A program made the position numbers and the translations under genes. From the NCBI GenBank assembly GCA_010909165.1, contig MU008182.1, positions 930,001 through 994,000 of the forward strand: DNA of 64,000 nucleotides, read 5' to 3'. Of this stretch, positions 43,295-56,004 are shown piece after piece. Numbering within the stretch: position 1 is the first letter of the stretch; every line of letters begins with the position of its first letter. The notes under the pieces are model-generated. The model made no database searches. It was not told where the DNA came from and saw only the letters and a list, made by a program, of their open reading frames with translations. Origin of the DNA: Anthoceros angustus. Taxonomy: Eukaryota; Plantae; Anthocerotophyta.

Positions 43295-45695
43295 ATGCCG
43301 AGTTCTACGTCTTTCCTGGTGTTTGGGGCGGGCGCCCTATTGGGAACCTGTGTCACCGTTGCTGTGCTCAAACTTAGTTCCCACAGACCCAGGTATTCCA
43401 AAGTTGGGGCTTTGAACACTGGGACAGCCCAGCTGGTGGAAATGTGTTCGAGCAGGTTTCAAGTTTGGTTTCTAACACTTGCTTGGGGTGTTGTTGCAAC
43501 AGATTTGATGAAAGCGGAGGCGATGATTCTCAAAGGGCCTGTGAGTATGGCAGACGGACTGACCTACTGCTTAGGAAAAGACTTATGGAAGTGAGTTGTC
43601 CACTGACCTGCCTTTTTTGGATTGGCAGTTGGATTTCAGGGAGAGGATGAGAAACCGGCTGCCATGAACAAGTCCACCTCAGTGGATCTTTTGCAGGACG
43701 AGATCACGGCAGAACATTTCACAAGGTCTCTATCCGTAGGCAACGAACATGTAGACTGATGTGTACTGGTCTGGCTCGCTGTGAGTCTGCTCCAACTTTT
43801 GTTGCATGGGGTACCATGAATGTTTGTTTATGGTTGATGGTTAGTGCAGGAATACCCAGTTTTTTGGTTCTGAAGGGCAGCTGAGAATTCATAGCTCCTT
43901 TGTTGTAGTCGTGGGACTCGGTGGCGTGGGCAGCCATGCAGCTGCTATGCTCCTACGATCAGGGGTGGGAAAGATTCGTCTTGTAGATTTTGATCAGGTA
44001 TGCCAGAGTCTCGTTGTTGTAGAACGGCATGTGTGTTAGTTGATGCTGTCGAGTTTCTAGAAGCCCTTACAGTGACTCTTCTGCTTTCCGATAGGTGTCC
44101 CTGTCATCTCTCAATCGTCATGCGGTAGCAACTAGGGGTGATGTTGGGTTGGCCAAGGCAGTTTGCTTGAAGAACCACTTTAACAGCATCTTTCCAGAGT
44201 GTGAAGTGGAGGCCAAGGTTCAGTTGTTTGATGCATCGTCTGCAGATGAGATCCTTTCAGGCTCACCAGACTTTGTCCTTGACTGCATCGATAACATAGA
44301 CACGAAGGTGAAGTGCCTGTCTCGTAATTGCCCACATTCTGTAGTGGAGTTACCTTGTGATTATCCATCAGCTGTGTTGTGTTCTGGAGTGCCTTGCGAT
44401 TGGCCATGTTCCTTTCTAGAGTGCCTCCGATTTGGTCATTTGACCAAACTTGTTCTTGCATTATCCAGACTTCTCCTCTTATGTCAGACCCCTACTTTTT
44501 GCAGGTGCTTCTGTTGGCGGCATGTGTGAAACGAGGTCTGAAGGTCGTGTCTGCTACTGGTGCTGGTGCACGTGCAGATCCCACTCGCATACGGGTTGCA
44601 GACTTATACGAGTCATCAATTGATCCTCTGGCTCGCTCAGTACGTGGAATCCAAGTATGTTGTTGAAACGACTTCGAAGCACGAGATGTCATAACCTTAT
44701 AGGGGTATGTTTCATGTCATGCAGGTAAGACACAGGCTGAGAAGGGAGCATGGCATAGACGGAGGACTGCCTGTTGTGTTCTCGACTGAGCGCCCAAAGA
44801 CAAAGCTGCTCCCATTTGAAGCTCCCAATGGAGAAGATGCAAATCCCTTGGACTATCAAGTAAGCATTTCTCTTGACGTGAACAGACATCCAGAGTGCTG
44901 CAGAACTGCAACGTAACATGAACTTGTTCCGGTCGTCAGGTTGTTCCAGGCTTCAGAGTGCGGATCATACCTGTGCTTGGCACCATTCCAGCTATATTTG
45001 GCCAGGTCATGGCCTCATACGTTGCCACACAGATTGCAGGCATGCCAGTGCAGCTAGAACCTGTCCTGAACCTGGATAAAGATCACTATGCCGCTCTGCA
45101 CCAGCGGCTCATCGAGCGTGAGGAGGAATGCTTCGGGACTGCAGCAGCTGTGGAGGTATGCCCCAGCACCCCACACTGTCCATCTTCTCAAAGCGTCTTC
45201 ATCTCACATCCCCTCATGTCAAGCAACAACCTCTGTGCCTTAGGTGGATAGAGAGGAAGTTGCATACATTGTTCGGGAACTGTGGCATGGACGCAGTGCC
45301 CGAGATCAGTCCAGGGGGAAGGTTGGACGAGGAATGTGGCGCTCCATGAACAACCTAACACTCACAAGGTCTCACTTCTCACCTCTCATGTCCCGTCTTA
45401 TGGTGCTCTCTTCCCACATCCTCATGTTTGCCTTGATGTTGGCAGATGGGACATGAGCAAAGCTCCCTCCATATCCAACCTGGTGCTGCTCACGTTCCAA
45501 GAGGTTAGATCCACACAACTCCAGCCGATTGGATTCCAGTTCACAAGTCCCCTTCCTTCTTGACCCCACTGTGGAGTATGGCAGGCGGAAGACCACTCGC
45601 GCACCACTTTGAACGACATCGAAAAGAACGAGCCTGAATATTTCCGGAGGGTGACACGCTTGTTGCAGCAAGCTCACCTCGACTTGTGCGCTTAA
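43295..45695 (+). CDS. tcdA: tRNA threonylcarbamoyladenosine dehydratase (TcdA/CsdL, ThiF/E1-like), multi-exon
   Basis: N-terminal TM; VVVVGLGGVGSHAA; RLVDFDQ/VSLSSLNRHA; DFVLDCIDNIDTK; GAGARADPTR; DPLARS; VVFSTE; IIPVLGTIPAIFG. Confidence 0.9.
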
Positions 45696-45789
45696 ATTTA
45701 TGTAAATATTAAATCAAAAAGCTATGGAATATGTGGCATTTGTGATAAGCCCGTAACCGATTGAATCGTCGGTGCCGCGACACCTGTCC

Positions 45790-45922
45790 GCCACGTGTCG
45801 GTCACCCTAACACCACGGACGCGCTAAACCACCCCAGCTATCCTAAACCACCGGCTTGTTAGCTACTTTCCTCCTCCCTTCCTTGCCGTACTTGACCACG
45901 CGTCATTCCCCCGGCTATAAAT
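45790..45922 (+). promoter_or_regulatory. ABRE/G-box, CE3-like element and TATA box upstream of His/Pro-rich gene A
   Basis: GCCACGTGTC 45790-45799; CCACGCGTC ~45896; CCGGCTATAAAT ~45911-45922. Confidence 0.6.
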
Positions 45923-46158
45923 TAGGACTCGTCTCCCCTCCCGGACTCAGTAACTTTGTTCGACGCTGCACGCAACTGTTGTTCCCACTGCTTCGTGCTT
46001 GCTCTTGTGGTAAGCAGCTGTTGTGGTGTGGCTATCTTGTCGTTGTTCCAGTCTTGTGTTGAGGAATTGTGATCCTCGAGGACTGCGTTGCTGAGGAGCG
46101 TCTGGTGGTGTTGTGGTTGCAGATATAGTGCTTTCAGTGCAAGGCTGATTTGATCGAC

Positions 46159-46419
46159 ATGGCCTCGAGAGGATGTGACTCCGTGGTGCGCAACCATCCG
46201 CACCACAACCATCACCCGGCGCCTCACCACCCGCATCCGGCTCCCCACCCGCCGGTCGTGGTGGTGCCGGTGCCTACGCACCCGGTGCCGCACCACCCTG
46301 CGCCTCACCACCCCGGGCCTCACCCGCACCACCACCACCCGCATGCGCACCACCACGGTCCTCACCACCGGGCAGCTCCTCAGGCTCCCTGCTCTCGCCG
46401 TTTCCGCTCAGTGGCTTGA
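46159..46419 (+). CDS. His/Pro-rich microprotein A (86 aa)
   Basis: MASRGCDSVVRNHPHHNHHPAPHHPHP...; upstream TATA; candidate GT-AG introns in 5' and 3' UTR. Confidence 0.65.
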   Translation: MASRGCDSVVRNHPHHNHHPAPHHPHPAPHPPVVVVPVPTHPVPHHPAPHHPGPHPHHHHPHAHHHGPHHRAAPQAPCSRRFRSVA

Positions 46420-47574
46420 GTAGTGGAAGCTCCCTGGTAAGCGTGTAGGAAGCTGGTTGTCTCTTGGTTTGGGTTCTAATTTGCAGAGAGCATTTCGCTG
46501 CCCTAACGGAGGAGGAAGCCGTTGCATTCGTAAGTGTTCTCACGGGTACGTCGTGAACTTGCAGAATCTGTAATCTTCTCGCCGGCAGTGGCGAAGGCGG
46601 GGATCTCTATGATGATGAATGTGATTGTAAATAGGCGCACTGAAGATGGACTGGTACTGTGGAAGGTGATTTTGGACGGATAGGGTGGTATAGATCTATT
46701 AAAATGTTCCTTTCCTGAAGTCGTTAGCCTTTCCGACGATGGAAAAACGTTGCTGGGTAAATTACATGCACTTTGTTAAAGTGGAATCTTGTTCATAAGA
46801 TCCTCGTCCTCGTTGTTCACAATCTGTGATATAAGCACCGAAAAGGGAAATGGATGAAAGCGTTACGAAAATTGAACGAAATTGGCCATTCTTGTAACCT
46901 TGTGCAAACTTGTAGTTCCTTCTTCAATTGCCAGCTACCTGTGAATGCTTCCATGATAAGCAACTTTGCAGCAAATTGTCTGATTGACGAAAACGTTCCT
47001 ACATTCAATATACATGTAATTATTAAGGCAGCTTTTCAATTAACTGTATGTCGCTTTCTTCCCCGTAATGCAAACTTGGTCCTACAGGACGCACAAAACG
47101 GAAGAACGCGTACAACAGCTAAAACCGAGGAAGCAGCGGAGGGATGTACATAGTTTATAGCTAACTAGTTGCCGCCTTTGAAAAAACACTGTCGAACACA
47201 TGAGACCTGACAACAAGGCATTGTTATTCTGCGCTGTGTTCATCCAGCTGAACCAGACCCCAGGCTTTGCTTCAACACGCGGGAAGTGGCGTGGTCTTGA
47301 TAAGCAAAATGACCAGCCAGGAGAGGGTAGCATGTAGGATCAGAGTGCCTCTGCCGATCGAGGCCCTTCAGCAACCACGAAACCGCTTCACAGCTGCGGC
47401 AAGAGAACGGCACGAAACCTGAAGGGCACGAGAGGCACAAAACCAATCAGAGATCCGGCAACCATAGCACTTCACAGCTTTCCAAGGACACGAATTGCAG
47501 GCGAGGGGACACAAGAAACACACCTGCGGCAGATACAAGGGAGCGTCGCGGGCCGCCATAAGCTCAGGTGACGC

Positions 47575-47700
47575 TCAGCGGCCGTGGTGCGGGCCGCCAT
47601 GGCCGTGCCCGCCACCGTGCGGGTGGTGCGGAGGCGGGTGGTGCGGAGCACCGTGAGGGTGAGGGCGGCCGCCTCCCCATCCGAAGCACGGCAGGCACAT
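47575..47700 (-). CDS. His/Pro/Gly-rich microprotein B (41 aa)
   Basis: Manual translation MCLPCFGWGGGRPHPHGAPHHPPPHHPHGGGHGHGGPHHGR*; below the ORF-track cutoff. Confidence 0.6.
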   Translation of the reverse strand: MCLPCFGWGGGRPHPHGAPHHPPPHHPHGGGHGHGGPHHGR

Positions 47701-48614
47701 TGTGCAGTAGCGGGAGCAACAGTAGCGAGAGCTCGCCGAAAGCAGATAACAAGGGACGCGTCACAGGGAGAAGGCAGCGAGCCGAAGGACTGATGGATGA
47801 GAGCTGGCGGAAGAGATGAAAATAATAATAAGCCGGTGTGGCGTCGTCCCACTTCCCACGTTGCGTGTTTGGATGGTAAACCAGTAACCAAGGACGAGTT
47901 ACGCAACACGTTACGGACCCGACTCAGGTTGCCTGACCCAGAGTGTTTGGTTGGCGCTTGCAGGATATTCCACGGCGGGTGGTTGTGTTCAGAGCACCTG
48001 GGCGAGTGGCAGTGGCTGGCCCAGCGGCGTAACCCGGCGAAAGCGTCACGGGCTTCCCGGCAACCGGCAAGTGCGGTCGCCGCGTGGACACGGCTCCCGT
48101 GTGTGCCAGGGGAAAGGGTAATCGGGTTAAGGAAAGTACGGTTTGCGGACGGCGATAAGCGTGTCTGTGTTGCGATGACGCACACATGCATGTACGTGTG
48201 TACTGCCGGTATGGATGTGTATGGTGTAGAATCCCCAGGAGCTGGAGCTGGAGGCGGGGAAGGCCGGGGCCCGAGACACCACACAATCAATCCAGCCTGC
48301 CGTCGTTTTCTTGTTGGTGGGCCTGGAGGTTGCAGCCCATCCAATGGCTGTGTAGGTGCAAAGACAGCCACTAAGACGCACGTCTGCCACCGTGGTGCAA
48401 GAGACAACCACGCTGCCCTCTGAACAATCCTCGAAAGATGCCTCTAGATCTTTGACGACGCGGCAGCGGCAGCGGCATCGGCACCCCCACCGGCGCAGGC
48501 ACCGGCTATATAGCGCAAGATCTTGAAAACGGTTGTAGCAGTGCTTTCCGGCGCCTTCTTCCCGCTGGTTGTGTTCCAGTTGCGCTTCTGGTGAGCCTGG
48601 TGCTGTGTTTCTCG

Positions 48615-48731
48615 ATGGCGTCCGCAAGCATGTCGCTGGTGATGTTCAATCACCCCCACCCGGAGCCGCATCCCAAGCCTCATCCTCACCCGGAGCCTCA
48701 TCCCCCGCATCATCCCCACCACGGGAAGTGA
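48615..48731 (+). CDS. His/Pro-rich microprotein C (38 aa)
   Basis: Manual translation MASASMSLVMFNHPHPEPHPKPHPHPEPHPPHHPHHGK*; CCGGCTATATAG at ~48502; candidate 3' UTR intron 48767-48863. Confidence 0.6.
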   Translation: MASASMSLVMFNHPHPEPHPKPHPHPEPHPPHHPHHGK

Positions 48732-49244
48732 ATGGGGGCGGCTTACGCGCTCCCCAGCTGACAATGGTGAGGGAGCTTGATCTGTTCTGTTGTTTGTGTT
48801 CGTCCGTCATGGTTTTTGTTGTCGGGGATAAGATGTTCCTGACTCCTTGGCATTGTCCTGCAGCCCCTGAACAATGGGGAGGGGAGTGAAGAAATGGCGG
48901 GGCTGGGCAAGGGGTCCTGCACGCATGTGCACTGCATGCTTGCCGGCTGTCCGCCATCTATGTAAATTTGCTTAGTTGTACCATGTGTGGATTTCCCACT
49001 ACTACTCTGAAGTAAAGTTTGTACTTGGTTGACAGACGGTTGTTGGCTGCTAGTGCGTAGCTTAGGTACACCCAAGGGTAGTGTCTGCCACAATGTGCAC
49101 TGCCAAGTTTCAACTCCTCTCTCATTTGTGAGCGTTCGAACACTTACTGCACGTCCGTGCACATGTGTGGAGGTACACGCACTGATTGTTTGCTGACAGT
49201 GAAAACAAAATGAGACTGTGTACACGCCCAATCGACAAAAGCTT

Positions 49245-52200
49245 CTACACTGTCCTCAACTGCAACATCTGTGCCTGCTGCCACAACCGCAATGTCCTCT
49301 CCGGCCCCAGCGACCCATGTGACACCTTCTGCAGAAAGCTTACTAACTCCCTCGATATACAATTGTCGACACCGATGTGATGAACGATGCCATGCCCATC
49401 ATCTGCACCTTCACTTTCCGCTTCAGCAGAGCAGGTACCTGCTCTCGTCAAAACCTTTGCCGGAAGTCCTGCAATGATAGAGTCGTGAGCACTGAATTGT
49501 TAGCGAAGCGTGGATACTTAAGTTCGGGGCCAGGCATATTCGCCGCGCATGTTACCTGCCAGCCTTGCGACGTTTACGCCATAGCTTCGAGGACAAGCCC
49601 CCGCGGCGAGCTTATAGAGGAACGTCACCTCCTCCGGTCCACCGACTTCAGTTCCAACTTTACAAGCCATATGATACAGGCCAACCTATTTACAGACAGG
49701 CGCATGATTGTAATAGAACGAGACAAAGTGGACGACTACAACCTCAAAGTATCCAACTTACCTTAGGGTCGTTGGCATGGTCGAACGCAAGCCGATGATA
49801 ATGAGTTGAAAACATGCCTCTGCAACCTGTTCCATGTGCTAGATGTTGCAACACTGCGTGCCTGAAAGCGAATCACCAAAGTTACCGGCTGCCAACATCA
49901 TTTATAATGGGAGAAACCACAAAGCACAAGCACAGTGGCAAGATAAATAACAGACCGATAGCCACTTACGCAATAGCTTGACCATCAGCAGTTGAGGTGC
50001 CACGACCTACTTCATCCAATGCAACTAAGGAATTCCTTGTTGCACTTTTCTGCAAAACGAGCAACTATGGCTCAGGCCATGATAAAATTCGTCAGACAGA
50101 ACTTGGACAGGAGAAAACGAATCGTCACCAGCATAGAGGCTGTCTCCAGTAGCTCCACAAGAAAAGTGCTTTGCCCAGCCATTATGTTATCGGATGCACC
50201 CATGCGGACAAATATTCGGTCTACTGGTGAAAGTTCGAAAGACTTCGCTGGAACATCTGCCCCAACCTGCACAGAAAAGTGGAAACGTCAGTAAGACAGG
50301 CAAGTTGTAACCTGATAACATAACCGTGATCCAGAACAGGATCGGGATCGCTACCTGTGCCATTATAACCGTCAAACAAACTTCTCGGAGAAGAGTTGAC
50401 TTTCCACCCATGTTAGGCCCGGTGAGAACCATAAACATAGCCTTATCACCCCCCAGAGCCACGTCATTTGGTACAAATGGTCTACAACCGGTTTTACTAG
50501 CTCCCAGAGTAGGATGCCGCAGACCTCGTGCTTTCAATACAGGGGTGACGTTGCTTGACACAAAAGTTGGCGTACACACAGGTTTTTCCATGTGGTCGCT
50601 TGCGACAGAGAGGCTTATTAAAGCATCCAGCTCTGCAAACATTCAGTTGATACACAAATGAGTCAGACGAGATGAGATGCAATGTCTGTCAAAAAGTTAA
50701 GAACCTGGCTGTTCCTAGACTTGAAGCTTAACACTAGTCAGCTTCCATGCGTCACAAACGGATATACCTGCTACTCCGTGCAGCACAGCGTCCCACTTAT
50801 CACGAGTCTCAAAGAACTGGCTGACTAGGCTTCCAAGTATTCCACTCATTGCTACCTCACGCTCCTCACGTGCAGCAGCAAGCTCAAGTAGCAGCTCCTT
50901 GATCCTAGGAGTCCAGTACCGCTGAAACCCCTGATTTTGAATTTTCCATCAAAACACATCCAAAGAGGCTCTTAGCAACCCATGCAGACACATATTTGAG
51001 ATTCCTCACACCACTAGAAGAGTAGCTTTTACCTTTCTGGACGACCTGACCTCAAATGTTGACGGCACCTTCAAATGTAAATGGGCAGGAATTTCAATTT
51101 GGTAGGACTCCTTTCCCACTGTGGTATATGATATCTATTCGAAAGAGAGGCGACATTAGCCCATACTCACCACATCACCAACTTTTGAACTTTTTTGACT
51201 TGCACCCAGGGCACTGGCTTACCTCAGAGGATGTCCCAAGCTTCTTGCACACGTCCTTCAGATAATCCTCAAATTCCTTCTCGACATCAGAGATCCTTGA
51301 ATTAGCTGCATCAAAACCTTCATTTACGCCTTCATTTGGCATGATACGCCCAGATTTATCCGCATCATCCCAATCAAACGCTGTCTTGAAATCTGTAATG
51401 GTTGATGACATATCCGGAATCCCTCCACCTGCATACCAGTTTACCTATGCTTCAAGGACAGGATTATGGGAGCAAGAACCTGCACTTCAAGACTATGCAG
51501 CATCAGCATTTTACCTGGCACTAGCAGATCTAGAAGTCTTGAGGAAGTCAAACTCTGGAGGCAGTTCTGAAAGGATAGTACAGCTTCAATTATTGTCTGG
51601 CAGCTACGAAGTGCCTTGGTAAACATTTGCACTTCCCTCTTGGATTTGTCTTCATACACAACCACATTTTGAGAGTTCATGCCATAAACAGATCTGCAGA
51701 TTGCCCAGCTTGCAACTCTGATTAAACTCGCTAGCTAGCTGAAACCCACCAGAAGACAATACACAGTGGAAGCACCTTTTACCTGGTTCGGTTGATCTGT
51801 GCAAGCAATCTCTCCATGTCAGGTAACCCAATCAATGAAGCTCTGAAGTGGGCAACTCCCTCCGCAGCAGGCCCCTGCAACAGGAGGTTCTTATCAGATA
51901 GAGTCCAGACCCCTCAAGTGCTATTCAGCTGCTGGCATGGCCATGTTAAGCAAGCCTGAGAAGGCCAGCAATACGAGTAGTCATTCCTATTACCTTCAGA
52001 TCTGAAATGGCCACCTGTCTTTGTTTGATTGAGACAGTGTCCACTAGAGGCCGAAGCAGCCATTGTCGCAGCAGTCTATGGCCCATGGATGTCACACAGT
52101 GGTCCAACTGGGCAAGCAAACTCCTGCCAAAGACGACGCGGTCAGTGACAGATGCCCAGCAGGAAACCGACCAGTGCTGCTCAGGAGAACCGTCTCTCTG

Positions 52201-55184
52201 CAAATTCATATGGGCACACAACATACCCTGATGTGCCTCTGTCTAAGCTGTTCTCCAGGATCTCAAGGCTGTCTAGGGCAGCACTATCAAGCGCCATATC
52301 AGGTGCCAACATTTCAATGCCCGGGCTTTTACATGCTGAACAGGGAAGGAGACTGAACTGTCCAGATGCTAGCAAATACTTGTCTAGCAGGGCCTGCTGC
52401 AAATAAAAGCAGCACCCTCCAAAAGCTGATACAGCATCTTCTCCACTTGACCCAGAAGTTACCAGATGGAGCAGCACATCTGGCAAAGCTTGCAGACTGT
52501 CTGTAAAAACATCAATGTCTCCATACTTCCCTTGGAGGTTATCACTAGCTATGTTAGCTGAACTATAATTTCTTTTCCTAGATTGCCTTAATTCCCAGAC
52601 GTCTGAATACTTTGAGACCAGATTATGTACACATGTTTTGGCATCCCAGAACTCTGTGCCAGGCATCAATAGACTTATAAGAGGTTTCCGTGTGTGGTCA
52701 CGTAGAGCTCTCTCAGTTGCTTCAGAGAGCAATCCATGAGGTTTGACCAGCTCAACAGGCCTTAGGTCTGCAAGAAGTGATTTCAGCTGTGTCCTTGTCT
52801 CATCATCTGCAAACTGTGATCAAACAAAGCATTCGGTGATGAATAGTATGCACGGGAACATCACTGAGGGGAAATGATGAGATGAGTCACAATCTTACCT
52901 GGCCGAGCAGGAATCGACCGGTTGCAGTGTCCACAGCACAAACTCCAATGTTGGAATTGTTAAACTCTAAGGAGCTTTCCGTGATACTCAAGAGATAAGA
53001 TGTCTCTGAAACAGCTGACGATTCTGTCATGGTTCCTTTGGTGATTATGGCACATATTTCTCGTCGAACAACCTACACAATTGGCGCAGTTCCATCAGGT
53101 CATCAAGATGTCTGTTTCAGGGACATAGACGCTTACTCGACTGCAGATGAGGAAACCAAGAAGAAACACACACCAATCTGGGTTATCCCAAGTTATACCT
53201 TAGAGTACAGGACAGTTCCAGACCCCAAATTGATACTTAGGGGGTGGAACGAAAATTCAACCAAGAAGAGGTACAAGTGACATGCTGCATTAGGCCCACA
53301 TACCTTGTCTTTAGTACCAGTTACCTTCCTACGCTGCTCCAACTGATCGGGTGTTTCTGTTTGTTCAACAACTACGACACGATAGCCCTGCAATTCATGC
53401 CGACAGAGCAATAACGTCAAGCGACACCCAGGGACACTCCATGCAGCAATCATTTCAAACCACACCTTTCAAATCATTTCTGCTTGACCAATTGACCCCT
53501 TTACTTCACCTGCTTGAATCGCCTACTTTGAATCTTTCTATTGACTCAAATAGAAAGATTCAAGCAGGCGAAGTAAAGAGGTCAATTGGTCACAAACCAC
53601 ACCTTTTGCGCCAGTTTCGTCACATTCTCCAGGTAATTCCTCTCTGGGAAACCACAATGGGGTTGTTCTCCCTGGATGAATCATGTCAGAACACACAGTG
53701 AGATCGCCTTTCTGGAGAGAGCTTATTGTCACCAACAATCCTACCAACGCAAGGAGGACATGTGTGTGCAATAACGATTGGGAAAATGATTGACTGCAGA
53801 CCTTCATGTATTGTAAATCAAGCTCTTGTGCTCCGATGTGGGCGTCAACCTCAAACATTTCATAGAACTTTCCCATCTGTGAGAGTTGTTTCACAAAAGT
53901 CAAAAGGAAGAAATATTCGCATAACTTCCACACCAGGACTGGAGATTGATGCAATGGAATACAGTAGAGTTTGACGAAACACTACATCGCAAGCTGATCA
54001 TTCCCATGAAGGATACCTTGAATAGAAGCACCTTGTCCATGTGCATACCCTTGATCTCCCACCATTGGCGCTGAAAGGCACATGCAGTTTAGCAGCAGGA
54101 GCTTCACATACAGAAACGTATGCTGAGCCGTGAAGATTTCAATTTCTACAAAGCAATCCAGGTTTACCTGACCAGCAGGAAGCCCTTTAAGAAATTGAGG
54201 AGGTAGCAGTAGTGTTCCGGGATCATACTCTGGATGACCGGGTTTCCTCCCAGCGGCATCTCGCCTAGACCTGACATAAGATGGTCACAATCAGGGGGTG
54301 TGGTTGCAACAAAATGCTTTCATACACTCCTCAGTGTCTATATCTTACTTCCCAAGGAACTGAAACTTCTCCACGTCACGGCCAGCAAACCGGTCAGCAA
54401 TATCACCCTGAAGGCTCACAGAAAGCTCAGCACGAGGAACCCTCTCTGCAACCAGTCAAATGAGAAACATGAGGTGAAACCGCTCAAAACCACAGAAACT
54501 GACTGAGGGACGGAGAACATACCTACTGCTGGACGCAAACACAAGCATACCTGAACACGAGGGAATAGATTTACGATGACCTTCGCCGCAGCTCGCTGGA
54601 GGGGATTCCTGGCAAACGACACAAGATGGAGTTTGAGCATAATGCCAAAGGCCTACGTGGAGGACATGAGCGTTGCCGGCTACCGCAAACGAAACCTAAA
54701 GAAGCGGAACCTTTGGCGCCGGCGGCAATCCTGGCTTCTGCGATGCTGCAACAATCTTCCTCCGTTTGGGAGGCATCGTTTCGGCATCCACGCCCTGAAT
54801 TCCCCTTCTCAGCTGCGGAGCCCCATCACTTGCACTGATACTACTGGCCAGCCCTTTCCCAAGTGTGGAACAATTAGGGGCAACTTCGCCATCCATCTGG
54901 CCCAGGCATGCGGCTGCCCGCAAGGCCGAGACGCGTCTCCCCGTCCTCCGTCCGGTACAGGTGGCAGCAGGCTGTACATCCCCGAGCGAGACCTTCTCGC
55001 CGGGAGCAGCGACAACAGACATTGCCTGTGCATTCTCTCCATTCCCCGAATCCAACAATGCGACCTTGAACTCTCTGCCGCCTTCAGGCTCGTCCTCCTC
55101 TACGCGTGGCCGCCTCGCTGAACCAATCCCCGCTCCCGCAGGCTTGAGCGCAAAGAAGGACTGAATGTTCCTCTGCTTTCCCAT
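49245..55184 (-). CDS. MSH6: MutS homolog 6 (mismatch repair), multi-exon, no Tudor domain visible
   Basis: PIP box QRNIQSFF; [35 protein letters not shown]; clamp region ..FQRYWTP; GPNMGGKST; DEVGRGT; FSTHYH; [14 protein letters not shown]. Confidence 0.93.
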
Positions 55185-56004
55185 TTCCAGGTCTTGATAG
55201 GCCCCCGGAATCGGAGAAACAGCAGCAAAGCAAGCCTCGAGCTTGAAGGCTGCAGAGAATTGTCAAGGAAGCCGTGGCAGAACCCCGTGGATTCCACACA
55301 TTCTGCTCCTTACACCCATTTCCAGCATTTTCGATAGAACCTCACCACACCTCACTGGACTTGACATTGACAGAACATCCCTTCCTCCAAGTACGCAGAC
55401 ACTCGCTTGCACATTTGGTTGCCATCGCATGATTCGCGTACATAGAGCAGAAAACAAATCGCTGGCACGCATCCGATGTTCATTCCCGTTTCCCGCCAAA
55501 ATCTCTATCGGGGTTAGGGCCGTGGGTTATCACGGGCGAACTCAGGTTCCATCAGCCCGGCCCAGAAGGGCCGACAGGGATTAGCGCCGTTGAGCGTGTG
55601 ACAGAAAAATGGCTGTCAGTGATACGATCTCGCTGAATGCGGGAAGAAGGAGATAGATCGTACACATCTCTCTACACAGTTGCTGAGTTGTCCAATCTGT
55701 TGAGTGAATTTCCTACTTGTCGCGCCATCCTCTCTCGAACAGAGCACACTTGCGAAGAGGGCATTCCAATCGGTTTATTGGCTTTAGGTGGGCTCAATTC
55801 AGACGCTCTTGAATATGTCTGTGGGCGGTGGTTGAGTTGGTGGATTGCTCAGTTTTTCCTCTTGGAGAGTGGACCTGCGCATACTGCATCTGATATTCTA
55901 GGGTGGGATTTAGAACTGTGTCTTCTTGTAGGTGACGGATTTGGGTTGTGGGTTGCCTTGAGGCAAAGGATCCACTCTGAAGATTCAGGTTTGCGGAAGG
56001 GAAA

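Noticed and set aside
47472-48423. 311-aa and 208-aa ORFs between microproteins B and C
   Set aside because: GC-rich promoter region open in several frames with no recognisable domain; the small His/Pro ORFs explain the TATA and splice signals better.
49245-55184. MSH7 assignment
   Set aside because: Mismatch-domain signature and retained clamp region are MSH6-type.
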